Shown: one piece after another, positions 1-8,109 of the stretch | Numbering within the stretch: the first letter of the stretch is position 1 | Layout: each line of letters opens with the position of its first letter | From: Methylophilaceae bacterium | GTDB lineage: Bacteria; Pseudomonadota; Gammaproteobacteria; Burkholderiales; Methylophilaceae | Assembly (NCBI GenBank): GCA_031422335.1 | Contig: JANOQW010000013.1 | Coordinates: 47,656-111,655 of the forward strand | Direction: 5' to 3' | DNA length: 64,000 nucleotides | Translations under genes and position numbers: made by a program | The notes under the pieces: model-generated | Databases searched by the model: none | What the model was told of the DNA's origin: nothing | What the model saw: only the letters and a program-made list of their open reading frames with translations

Positions 1-55
1 CGTGATTGGTATGTTTGACATGGCGTTTGGCAAGGCATGGATTCGCAAGATTTAA
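1..55 (+). CDS. pqqD: 3' end of PqqD (PQQ biosynthesis peptide chaperone), truncated by window start
   Basis: Frame from position 2 reads VIGMFDMAFGKAWIRKI* (TAA 53-55). This resembles the PqqD C-terminus, and it lies immediately upstream of pqqE. Confidence 0.6.
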   Translation, partial: VIGMFDMAFGKAWIRKI

Positions 56-91
56 GTTTAAAAGCTAAATTAGAAAGTTAGAGGCAAGAAA

Positions 92-1333
92 ATGACACAG
101 AATTCTTTAGGTGAATCGGCCGTACAAAAAGACGTACAAAAAAATAGTCAGGCGCAAGCCAAAAATAATGGTGTTGCCGCTAATGTGACCCAAACACAAC
201 CGTTGTGGTTGCTGGCTGAGATTACTTATCGCTGCCCATTGCATTGTGCCTTTTGCTATAACCCAACCGATTACGATAAGCATACGCAAAATGAGCTCAC
301 AACCGAGCAATGGATACAAGCGCTACGCGATGCGCGTAAGCTGGGTGCCATTCAACTAGGTATTTCGGGTGGCGAGCCGCTATTGCGCGATGACATTGAA
401 GAGATTGTGATTGAGGCGAAAAACTTGGGTTATTACAGTAATCTCATCACTTCTGGCGTAGGTTTAACAGAAAAACGCATTCAAGCGTTTAAAGACGGCG
501 GCTTAGACCATATTCAGTTATCCATGCATGATATTACTGAAGAAATTAACAACTTTATTACCAACACCAAAACTTTTGAGCTGAAGAAAAAAGTCGCCGC
601 CATGATTAAAAATCACGGCTACCCAATGGTGCTTAATGTGGTGATACACCGCTATAACATTGGCCATGTCAAAGAAATTCTCGAGATGGCAGAAGCATTA
701 GGCGCCGATTATGTGGAGCTGGCGAACACGCAATATTACGGCTGGAGTTTAGTGAACCGTAACCAATTGATGCCACTAAAAGAGCAAATTGACGAAGCTG
801 AGCGTATTACTAATGAGTTCCGCCAAAAAGTCGGCAATAAAATGAAGATATTTTTTGTGGTGCCAGATTACTTTGGCGACCGCCCGAAAAAATGCATGAA
901 CGGCTGGGGCGAAGTATTTATGATTGTCACCGCCAATGGCGATGTGTTGCCGTGCCACTCGGCGCGCGTGTTGCCAAATATGGCGTTCCCCAATGTGCGC
1001 GATAAAGGCTTAGAGTGGGCGTGGAAAGATAGCCCCGCGTTTAATAAATATCGCGGTACCGATTGGATGACAGGCCCATGTGTGACTTGCCCAGAGAAAA
1101 TGAACGACTTGGCAGGCTGTCGCTGCCAGGCGTTTTTATTGAGTGGCGATGCCGAAAGCGCAGACCCAGTATGCTCACTATCGCCGCATCATCATTTAAT
1201 CGAAAAAGCAATTGAAGATAGTAAAAACCCAGTATTGGCCAGCAAGCCAATAATTTTTAGAACCGATAAAAATAGCAAAAAATATGTAGCAGGTGATACG
1301 GAGAGAGTGGAAGAGTTTCACGCGCTGCCATAA
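92..1333 (+). CDS. pqqE: PQQ biosynthesis radical SAM protein PqqE
   Basis: LLAEITYRCPLHCAFCYNP (CxxxCxxC), SGGEPLLR, ELANTQYYGW, and SPASM cysteines CMNGWG...PCH...C..C...GCRCQA. Confidence 0.97.
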   Translation: MTQNSLGESAVQKDVQKNSQAQAKNNGVAANVTQTQPLWLLAEITYRCPLHCAFCYNPTDYDKHTQNELTTEQWIQALRDARKLGAIQLGISGGEPLLRDDIEEIVIEAKNLGYYSNLITSGVGLTEKRIQAFKDGGLDHIQLSMHDITEEINNFITNTKTFELKKKVAAMIKNHGYPMVLNVVIHRYNIGHVKEILEMAEALGADYVELANTQYYGWSLVNRNQLMPLKEQIDEAERITNEFRQKVGNKMKIFFVVPDYFGDRPKKCMNGWGEVFMIVTANGDVLPCHSARVLPNMAFPNVRDKGLEWAWKDSPAFNKYRGTDWMTGPCVTCPEKMNDLAGCRCQAFLLSGDAESADPVCSLSPHHHLIEKAIEDSKNPVLASKPIIFRTDKNSKKYVAGDTERVEEFHALP

Positions 1334-1349
1334 CAATAGACGTTATAAT

Positions 1350-1377
1350 AAAAGGCGCATTTTAATGCGCCTTTTTT
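1350..1377 (+). terminator. Rho-independent terminator after pqqE
   Basis: AAAAGGCGCAT-TTTA-ATGCGCCTTTTTT hairpin followed by a T tract. Confidence 0.85.
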
Positions 1378-1416
1378 CATGAAAAATAAACAACAGATAA
1401 AAGCTTTAAAAAATAA

Positions 1417-2595
1417 ATGACGAAAAATTCTGTATTTTTAGTTTACGTGCTGGCCAGTTTGGCTGCACTTGCGCCGTTCGCCATCGATACCTATTTACCA
1501 GCATTTCACGCCATGGCGGTGGATTTAAGTGCGACCGATGTGCAAATTCAGCAAAGTTTGGCAATCTATTTGCTGCCTTACGCCGCCATGACACTATGGC
1601 ACGGTGCCATTTCAGATTCCATCGGCCGCATCGCCACCATCAAATGGGGCTTGGCCATTTTTGTATTGGCTAGTATTGGTTGCGCATTCGCACCTAATGT
1701 TGAAACGCTATGGTTTTTTCGTGCGCTGCAAGGTGCTAGTGGCGGTGCAGGCAATACAGTGGCGCGGGCCATGGTACGCGATTTATTTGAAGGCGCGGCA
1801 GCGCAACGTGTGATGGCCACCATACAAATGTTGTTTGGCATTGCGCCAGCGGTGGCGCCGATTATTGGTGGCTTGTTGCTTGGTTTAAGTTGGCAAAGCA
1901 TTTTTGTATTTTTGGCGATATACGCAGCTTTGGCTTTGTGGACAGCGGTCAAGTTTTTGCCAGAAACCATGCCACCAGAAAAACGCTTACCACTTTCCGC
2001 CAAAAACGTATTTGCCAGCTATAAAACGATTTTTAATGATGCTGAATATGCAAAATTATGCATTTCACTCGGCGCAGTGTTCTCCGCATTTTTTATCTAT
2101 GTGCTGGGCAGCGCCATGTTTTTGGGTAAGCTGCTAGGTTTTACGCCACAGCAATATGGTTATTTCTTTGTAAGCACCGTGTGTGGCATGGTGCTGGGGT
2201 CTTATTTGGCTAAACGCGCAGCAGGTAAATACGCTGCAAAACGTGTGCTCAATGCAGCTTACACATGGATGTTTGCGATTGTGCTGCTTAATTTGGCGAT
2301 AACTTACTGGCTGCCAGCCAAAGCTATTTACGATATCTTGCCGATTGCTTTATTTAACATCGGTATGGCGCTGGTGATGCCAATCATCTCACTGGCTGCG
2401 TTAGATCGTCACCCAAAAATTCGTGGTACAGCGGCATCGGGGCAAGCGTTTATTCAAATGTTATTTTCCACCATTGCAGCAGGTATTATTGTGCCTTTGG
2501 TGTGGGACAGCGTGTTTAACATGGCCTGCGCTATGCTGGTTATTTGGCTGATGAGCTGGCTGACAATTCGACAAACGCAACTTTGGAAAAGTTAG
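1417..2595 (+). CDS. Bcr/CflA family MFS drug-resistance efflux transporter
   Basis: LAPFAIDTYLPAF N-terminal motif, motif A-like GAISDSIGR, FRALQG, ARAMVRDLF, about 12 hydrophobic segments. Confidence 0.9.
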   Translation: MTKNSVFLVYVLASLAALAPFAIDTYLPAFHAMAVDLSATDVQIQQSLAIYLLPYAAMTLWHGAISDSIGRIATIKWGLAIFVLASIGCAFAPNVETLWFFRALQGASGGAGNTVARAMVRDLFEGAAAQRVMATIQMLFGIAPAVAPIIGGLLLGLSWQSIFVFLAIYAALALWTAVKFLPETMPPEKRLPLSAKNVFASYKTIFNDAEYAKLCISLGAVFSAFFIYVLGSAMFLGKLLGFTPQQYGYFFVSTVCGMVLGSYLAKRAAGKYAAKRVLNAAYTWMFAIVLLNLAITYWLPAKAIYDILPIALFNIGMALVMPIISLAALDRHPKIRGTAASGQAFIQMLFSTIAAGIIVPLVWDSVFNMACAMLVIWLMSWLTIRQTQLWKS

Positions 2596-2719
2596 CTCAC
2601 GGAGAATTTAGGTCACGGAAAAGTTAGTTTAAAGTTTTTAAAAAAACGCTACATTATTTTGGTACTCTGCAACCGTAAAGGTTGTACCCGCAGAATATAC
2701 CAGCTAAAGCTGGTTATTC

Positions 2720-2757
2720 ATGCTTGAAAGCCGCATGGATACTGGCTTGCAGAGCAT
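2720..2757 (+). repeat. Copy 1 of a ~39-bp dispersed hairpin (REP-like) repeat
   Basis: 2728-2757 matches 19459-19488 at 28 of 30 nt (AAGCCGCATGGATA[C/T]TGGC[T/C]TGCAGAGCAT). Confidence 0.75.
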
Positions 2758-2800
2758 ATTATTTTTCATATCATCAAACACAAAAAATTATGCATTTTTT

Positions 2801-3292
2801 TTACATGTTTTTCCAAGTCAAATATACGCGGCAATCAAACTCCAGTTGATGGTAATCGGGCTGCATATGTTGGCAAAGTTGGTAAAATGCTTTGTCATGA
2901 TTACGCTGTTTTAAATGCGCTAACTCGTGCACCACAATCATATTTAAAAACTCGGTAGGCGCAGCTTTAAAAAAGGCTGAAATTTTAATTTCTTTTTTGG
3001 CCTTCAACTTGCCGCCTTGCACGCGCGAGATAGCGGTATTTAAGCCTAGCGCATGGTGTTCAATGCTTAGTCGATTGTCATAAGCCACTTTATCTAGCAG
3101 CGGCGCGTTGCGTAAATAGGTTTGTTTGATGTCGTTGCAATAATCGTACAAGGCTTTATCGGTTTGAATGCCATGCGCAAGTGGGTAGCGCTGTGTGATG
3201 TAATCGCCTAGCGTGTTTTGTGCCATTAAACTGGCAATTTTCTGTTGTAAATCAATTGAGTAGTGTTGCAGATATTTGAGTGTTGCGGTCAT
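2801..3292 (-). CDS. ygjP: YgjP-like M48/DUF45 metal-dependent hydrolase
   Basis: TDKALYDY...SRVQGGKLKAKKEI...VVHELAHLK...HDKAFYQLCQHMQPDYHQLEFD follows E. coli YgjP closely. Confidence 0.88.
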   Translation of the reverse strand: MTATLKYLQHYSIDLQQKIASLMAQNTLGDYITQRYPLAHGIQTDKALYDYCNDIKQTYLRNAPLLDKVAYDNRLSIEHHALGLNTAISRVQGGKLKAKKEIKISAFFKAAPTEFLNMIVVHELAHLKQRNHDKAFYQLCQHMQPDYHQLEFDCRVYLTWKNM

Positions 3293-3885
3293 TGCGTCTT
3301 ATTGATTTTTCCAATACTGCCGATTATCGACTTCACCCCGCGCCAAACTTTTGGCAATAACCAAAATAGCAGCACAATAAATCCGCATAGCAAGCCAATA
3401 AATACGGCAGGGTGTGCGAATACTAGCCAGCCGCCTGTGAGCAGCATGCTTTCTTCGCCAAAGGATGCGGCGATATTACTAATGGGTTCTGGCGAAGTAT
3501 TAATTAATGCGCGGCTGCCCGCCTTGGTTGCATGTGTAGCGCCCGCAAGCGAACCGCCTAAAAGTGCGGCAATAGTTGTAACCATCGGGTCGCTGCTGTT
3601 AATGGCGCCCATCGCCAACAGCGCGCCTGCGGGAATGCGAATAAAGGTTTGAATTCCATCCCACATACTATCCACATAGGGGATTTTATCGGCCAAAAAC
3701 TCAATTACGCTTATTGCGCCCGCAATGCTTAATACAATTGGATTGCTAAGGATGTCAAGCGAGGAGGGTAAGTCAATATAACCAAACTTTGCCAACAAAC
3801 CCACCGCAAATACGGTCAGGTACAAGCGTAAACCGCTGGCCCAACTTAGACCGCCTGCTAATGCAAGTTGAGAAATCATTTCCAT
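3289..3885 (-). CDS. DUF4126 membrane protein
   Basis: LSWASGLRLYL, EFLADKIPYVDSMWD, KAGSRALINTSPEP...SFGEE motifs. Confidence 0.85.
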   Translation of the reverse strand: MEMISQLALAGGLSWASGLRLYLTVFAVGLLAKFGYIDLPSSLDILSNPIVLSIAGAISVIEFLADKIPYVDSMWDGIQTFIRIPAGALLAMGAINSSDPMVTTIAALLGGSLAGATHATKAGSRALINTSPEPISNIAASFGEESMLLTGGWLVFAHPAVFIGLLCGFIVLLFWLLPKVWRGVKSIIGSIGKINKTQ

Positions 3886-3923
3886 TACGTTAAATTAACA
3901 CATGCAATAATTTTGGCAACAAA

Positions 3924-3947
3924 AAAAGGAGGCAAAAGCCTCCTTTT
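3924..3947 (-). terminator. Rho-independent terminator after fdxA
   Basis: AAAAGGAGGC-AAAA-GCCTCCTTTT hairpin. On the minus strand it is followed by a T7 run, about 25 nt downstream of the fdxA stop. Confidence 0.8.
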
Positions 3948-3971
3948 AATTATTTTTAACTGCAACTTTAA

Positions 3972-4295
3972 TTACTCTATTAAAAGCTCTAGCTTACCTG
4001 GCACGCCATTCATGGCATCGGCATCTTCTAAGCCAGGTTTGCGCGATGTAATCACAGGCCACAGCTTAGCTAGGCGCGCGTTTAAGGCGATAAACTCTTG
4101 CTGGTCGGCTGGCACATCATCTTCTGCAAAAATCGCTTCTGCGGGGCACTCAGCTACACATAAAGTACAATCGATACACTCATCTGGATTGATGGCTAAG
4201 AAATTCGGCCCTTCAACAAAGCAATCCACTGGGCATACATCGACGCAATCGGTAAATTTGCATTGAATACAGTTTTCGGTCACGACATAAGTCAT
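3972..4295 (-). CDS. fdxA: 7Fe ferredoxin (Azotobacter FdI type)
   Basis: [26 protein letters not shown]...[23 protein letters not shown]. Confidence 0.95.
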   Translation of the reverse strand: MTYVVTENCIQCKFTDCVDVCPVDCFVEGPNFLAINPDECIDCTLCVAECPAEAIFAEDDVPADQQEFIALNARLAKLWPVITSRKPGLEDADAMNGVPGKLELLIE

Positions 4296-4367
4296 TTTTA
4301 CTATCCTTGCTGCTTAAAAAGCGAATACGTTATTTTATTTGATTTATTTAATGTGCGATAGAGCAAA

Positions 4368-4470
4368 CTTTGCTCAAAGAGGCAGCCATTGCTACGATTT
4401 ATTCGCTTGTCGTACTCAATTGTACTGCCTGCGCTGCACGAGCCTTGCACTGACTACCTTTTTGAGCATA
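4368..4470. repeat. ~100-bp palindromic intergenic element (MITE/REP-like)
   Basis: Arms 4371-4392 (TGCTCAAAGAGGCAGCCATTGC) and 4447-4468 (GCACTGACTACCTTTTTGAGCA) are complementary at 18 of 22 positions. The interior has a GTAC-TCAATT-GTAC core. Confidence 0.6.
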
Positions 4471-4471
4471 G

Positions 4472-5749
4472 CTAAACAATCATGCCTGCGCCGACAGTAT
4501 TATTAGTGCTTTCATCGATGACGATAAACGCACCAATGGCACGGTTTTGCGTGTAGCTGTCGACCATTAGCGGCTGCGCAAGCTTGAATTGAATGCGCGC
4601 AATGTCGTTCATTTTTAACTCGGTGGCAGCTTGCTGCTCTAGCGTATTCACATCCACTTTATAAGCAATTGCGCCCACTTTTGCTTTACTTTCACGCGTG
4701 GTGTGACGAATCACATAGGTACGCGCAGGCGACAGCGGCGTCTCTGAAAGCCAGCATACATGGGCATCTATCTGTTTCACCGCCTCAATTTTACTGCCAG
4801 TTTTTACAATCATATCACCGCGCGATGTGTCTATTTCGTCTTCTAGTAATATTGTCACGCTTTGCTCAGTTTGCGCGCTTTGCAGGTGTTCTTCGCCAAT
4901 TTGAATAGCTTTGACGAAGCTTTGATAGCCGTTTGGCAGCACAGTAACCGCATCACCCACGGCGATTTCGCCGCTTTCGATTCTGCCCATAAAGCCTCTA
5001 AAATCGTGTAAGTCCGCGTCAGCACTGGCGTGCGGGCGACACACGAATTGCACAGGGAAGCGGAACTCTGCATTTTGCTCTTCATCGGCCGCAGGCGCGG
5101 CTTCTAGCATTTCCAACAGCGTTTCGCCTGTGTACCACGGCATGTTTTCTAACCTGTCTACCAGCATATCGCCATTCAACGCCGACATGGGGATGAAGCG
5201 AATATCACGCGCTTGTGCTAGGCCAATTTCTTTGGCAAAGGCTAGATAGTCGGCACATATCTTGTTATATGTTGCTTCATCGTAATTCATCAAATCCATC
5301 TTGTTAACGGCCACCACAATATGCTGAATGCCCACAAGGTGCGCCAAATACGAATGGCGGCGCGTTTGCGTCAGCACGCCACGGCGCGCATCGATGAGGA
5401 TAATCGCCAAATTAGCGGTAGATGCTGCGGTGACCATATTGCGCGTGTATTGCTCATGCCCAGGCGCATCGGCGATGATGTATTTGCGTGTGCCAGTGCT
5501 GAAATAGCGGTAGGCCACGTCGATGGTTATGCCTTGCTCGCGCTCAGCTTGTAGCCCGTCGGTGAGCAGCGATAAATCCACTGCTTCCATGCCGCGCTTT
5601 TTCGAGGTGTTAGAGATTTGCGTGAGCGTATCGGCTAGTATTGTCTTAGTATCAAATAGCAAGCGGCCGATAAGCGTACTTTTGCCGTCATCGACACTGC
5701 CGCAAGTCATAAAACGTAATAAGCTATCGTTGTGTTGCGTATTTGACAT
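4472..5749 (-). CDS. cysN: Sulfate adenylyltransferase subunit 1 (GTPase)
   Basis: LLRFMTCGSVDDGKSTLIGRLL, EREQGITIDVAYRYF, DAPGHEQYTRNMVT, NKMD. Confidence 0.97.
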   Translation of the reverse strand: MSNTQHNDSLLRFMTCGSVDDGKSTLIGRLLFDTKTILADTLTQISNTSKKRGMEAVDLSLLTDGLQAEREQGITIDVAYRYFSTGTRKYIIADAPGHEQYTRNMVTAASTANLAIILIDARRGVLTQTRRHSYLAHLVGIQHIVVAVNKMDLMNYDEATYNKICADYLAFAKEIGLAQARDIRFIPMSALNGDMLVDRLENMPWYTGETLLEMLEAAPAADEEQNAEFRFPVQFVCRPHASADADLHDFRGFMGRIESGEIAVGDAVTVLPNGYQSFVKAIQIGEEHLQSAQTEQSVTILLEDEIDTSRGDMIVKTGSKIEAVKQIDAHVCWLSETPLSPARTYVIRHTTRESKAKVGAIAYKVDVNTLEQQAATELKMNDIARIQFKLAQPLMVDSYTQNRAIGAFIVIDESTNNTVGAGMIV

Positions 5750-6690
5750 TAGAAATAGCCTTCCTTTTTACGTTGTTCCATTGAAGCATCTGAAGTTTGG
5801 TCATCTAAACGCGTTGCGCCACGCTCGGTAATAGTCGTGGTCGCGGTTTCAAGCACGATTTTACTTACATTATCGGCATCACTTAACACGGGTGCCGTGC
5901 AGGTAATATCGCCCACGGTGCGAAAGCGCACTTGCATATTCGTCACAACTTCGCCAGCTTTAGGCACATTAATCACTTCACCATCGGCCAGTTTAATATT
6001 AGCGGGCATCATCGCGCCGCCGCGCATAATAATGTCCCGTTGGTGGGCAAAGTAAATACTCGGCAGCTCTAAATTTTCGCGCTCAATATATTGCCATACA
6101 TCCATTTCTGTCCAGTTGCTAATTGGAAAGGCGCGAATATTCTCGCCTTTATGACTTCTGGCGTTGTATAAATTCCATAATTCTGGGCGCTGATTTTTCG
6201 GATCCCATTGGCCGAACTCATCGCGGAAACTCATGATACGCTCTTTAGCACGCGCTTTTTCTTCATCACGGCGCGCGCCACCAATACAGCAATCAAAACC
6301 ATGTTCTTCAATCGCTTCCAGCAAAGTCACCGATTGGTGCTTGTTGCGCGGTTCGTCAGGGCTTTTTAGCACAACCGTACCGCGCTTCATTGAGTCTTCT
6401 ACACTACGCACAATCAAGCGCTCGCCTAGCTCTGCAGCGCGTTGGTCACGAAAATCAATCACTTCTTGATAGTTATGGCCAGTATCGATGTGCATGAGCG
6501 GGAAGGGGAAACGGCCAGGGCGAAAGGCTTTTTCTGCCAAGCGTAAAATACACAGCGAATCTTTGCCGCCAGAGAATAGCAATACAGGATTGCTGCATTG
6601 ACCTGCGACTTCACGCAAAATGTGAATCGCTTCGGCTTCTAGCCAGTCGAGATGCGAAAGAGGTTGATGGTTTGTTTGTTGTATTGTCAT
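5749..6690 (-). CDS. cysD: Sulfate adenylyltransferase subunit 2
   Basis: HLDWLEAEAIHILREV, LFSGGKDS, GGARRDEEKARAKERI, EQRKKEGYF. Confidence 0.97.
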   Translation of the reverse strand: MTIQQTNHQPLSHLDWLEAEAIHILREVAGQCSNPVLLFSGGKDSLCILRLAEKAFRPGRFPFPLMHIDTGHNYQEVIDFRDQRAAELGERLIVRSVEDSMKRGTVVLKSPDEPRNKHQSVTLLEAIEEHGFDCCIGGARRDEEKARAKERIMSFRDEFGQWDPKNQRPELWNLYNARSHKGENIRAFPISNWTEMDVWQYIERENLELPSIYFAHQRDIIMRGGAMMPANIKLADGEVINVPKAGEVVTNMQVRFRTVGDITCTAPVLSDADNVSKIVLETATTTITERGATRLDDQTSDASMEQRKKEGYF

Positions 6691-6731
6691 GTTATTTAAA
6701 TCAGTTTATCGGTGGTTAAAAAGTCTTGCAG

Positions 6732-7490
6732 TTAGATTTTAACGTGCAAGCCACATTCTTTATTTGTCGGATCTTCCCACCACCAGCGGCCAGAACGCAC
6801 ATCTTCGCCCATGGCAATGGCGCGCGTACAAGGCGCACAACCGATACTAGGATAAAACTGGTCATGCAAGGCGTTGTAAGGCACTGCATTTAAGCGAATA
6901 TAAGCCCATACTTCTTGTTCTGACCAATCACTTAATGGGTTGAATTTTTCTAGTTGATTGCCCTCGTCAAACTCACGCACTGGCAAGCTGCTGCGCGTGG
7001 TTGCTTGCGCTGTACGCATACCAGTTACCCAAGCGGCATTACCTTTTAAGGCGCGTTGCAATGGCTCAACTTTACGCATGTGGCAGCAATCTTTTCTTAA
7101 TGTAATACTTTCATAAAAAGCATTAATACCATGATTTTTAACGTAAAACTCAACTGTTTGTGCTTGCGGAAAATACACATTCAACTTGGTGTTGTAATGC
7201 TTTTCAGTTTCAGCAATCAAGTCATAGGTTTCTGTTGGCAAGCGACCCGTGTCCAGCGAGAAAATACTAATCGCGAGTTTATTTTTTAAAATAATGTCAG
7301 TCAGCACCATGTCTTCTGCGCCAAAGCTGTTAGCAAACGTGATATTTTTTAATTCTGCCACTGCATTACTTAACAAAGCCAAAACTGCGGTTTTCTTAGC
7401 ATTGACACTCGCCACCAGTGTATCTGTGAGCGCAGGCGAAGTTGCAGGATTGGCTACTGCTGGTTTTAACGTCGAAACTTCACCCGACAT
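6732..7490 (-). CDS. cysH: APS/PAPS reductase, Fe-S (APS-reductase) type
   Basis: SFGAED, LDTGRL, CC..RKVEPL, SIGCAPCT and KECGLH. Start placed at ATG 7490, just after the DUF934 stop. Confidence 0.93.
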   Translation of the reverse strand: MSGEVSTLKPAVANPATSPALTDTLVASVNAKKTAVLALLSNAVAELKNITFANSFGAEDMVLTDIILKNKLAISIFSLDTGRLPTETYDLIAETEKHYNTKLNVYFPQAQTVEFYVKNHGINAFYESITLRKDCCHMRKVEPLQRALKGNAAWVTGMRTAQATTRSSLPVREFDEGNQLEKFNPLSDWSEQEVWAYIRLNAVPYNALHDQFYPSIGCAPCTRAIAMGEDVRSGRWWWEDPTNKECGLHVKI

Positions 7491-7491
7491 T

Positions 7492-8109
7492 TTAGGCTGA
7501 CCTGTTATAACGCTGAAACACGGGTTTCGGCTCATCGACCGCACCTTGGTAGGGCTGGCTAAAGTCGTTCAGGCTGCTTATGGCGTCTTCGGCACTTCTA
7601 TCTGCGCGAATTAAAAAGCTGCTAAAACCGCTGCGTTTTAAGAAGAATAATTGATCTTTAAGAACGTCACCAAACGCGCGCAGCTCGTTTTTAAAGCCGT
7701 AGCGCGTGCGCAGTAAGGTGCCAAGTGAAAATATACGGCCATCGGCAAAACGCTCAACATGCACCGCAATCATTGGCAACTTATTAATGTCGCCAACAAC
7801 TTCAATTAAGCTTTCTAGCGTTTCATGCGTATCTAACCAGATACCTGCAGAGCCAGCATTGATGCGGCTTGCAAGGGCATGTTTATTTGCTGCATACACG
7901 CTTAATGGCACAATAATATTGCCAGATGCTGGAATAACCGTGCCAGCAATTTGCTCTGGCGTCACACTGTTTTCGCCAGTAAGTTTGAACAGCACCACTT
8001 TGCCCGCCAAGACGCGCTCTGGTGCCTGGCTGGCTGGCAACTCGACGCATTGCCATTGGTTTTCTACCACACTGGCTACACCATCTTTTAGTTGAATTAA
8101 ATTACTCAT
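7492..8109 (-). CDS. DUF934 family protein (sulfite reductase-associated)
   Basis: FADGRIFSLGTLLRTRYGFKNELRAFGDVLKDQLFFLKRSGF motif, located between cysI and cysH. Confidence 0.88.
   Translation of the reverse strand: MSNLIQLKDGVASVVENQWQCVELPASQAPERVLAGKVVLFKLTGENSVTPEQIAGTVIPASGNIIVPLSVYAANKHALASRINAGSAGIWLDTHETLESLIEVVGDINKLPMIAVHVERFADGRIFSLGTLLRTRYGFKNELRAFGDVLKDQLFFLKRSGFSSFLIRADRSAEDAISSLNDFSQPYQGAVDEPKPVFQRYNRSA

Noticed and set aside
1334-1416. Absence of pqqF/pqqG after pqqE
   Set aside because: These peptidase genes are often encoded elsewhere, so their absence here is not informative.
2720-2914. 64-aa ORF in the MFS/ygjP gap
   Set aside because: It starts inside the hairpin repeat, overlaps ygjP antisense, and has no RBS or recognisable motif.
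7491-7544. Longer ORF-track starts for cysH (7544), cysI (9818), rfbG (31515), epsA (47037) and the acyltransferase (56419)
   Set aside because: The extensions overlap neighbouring genes or lack an RBS. Downstream ATGs fit the family N-termini and the coupling pattern.
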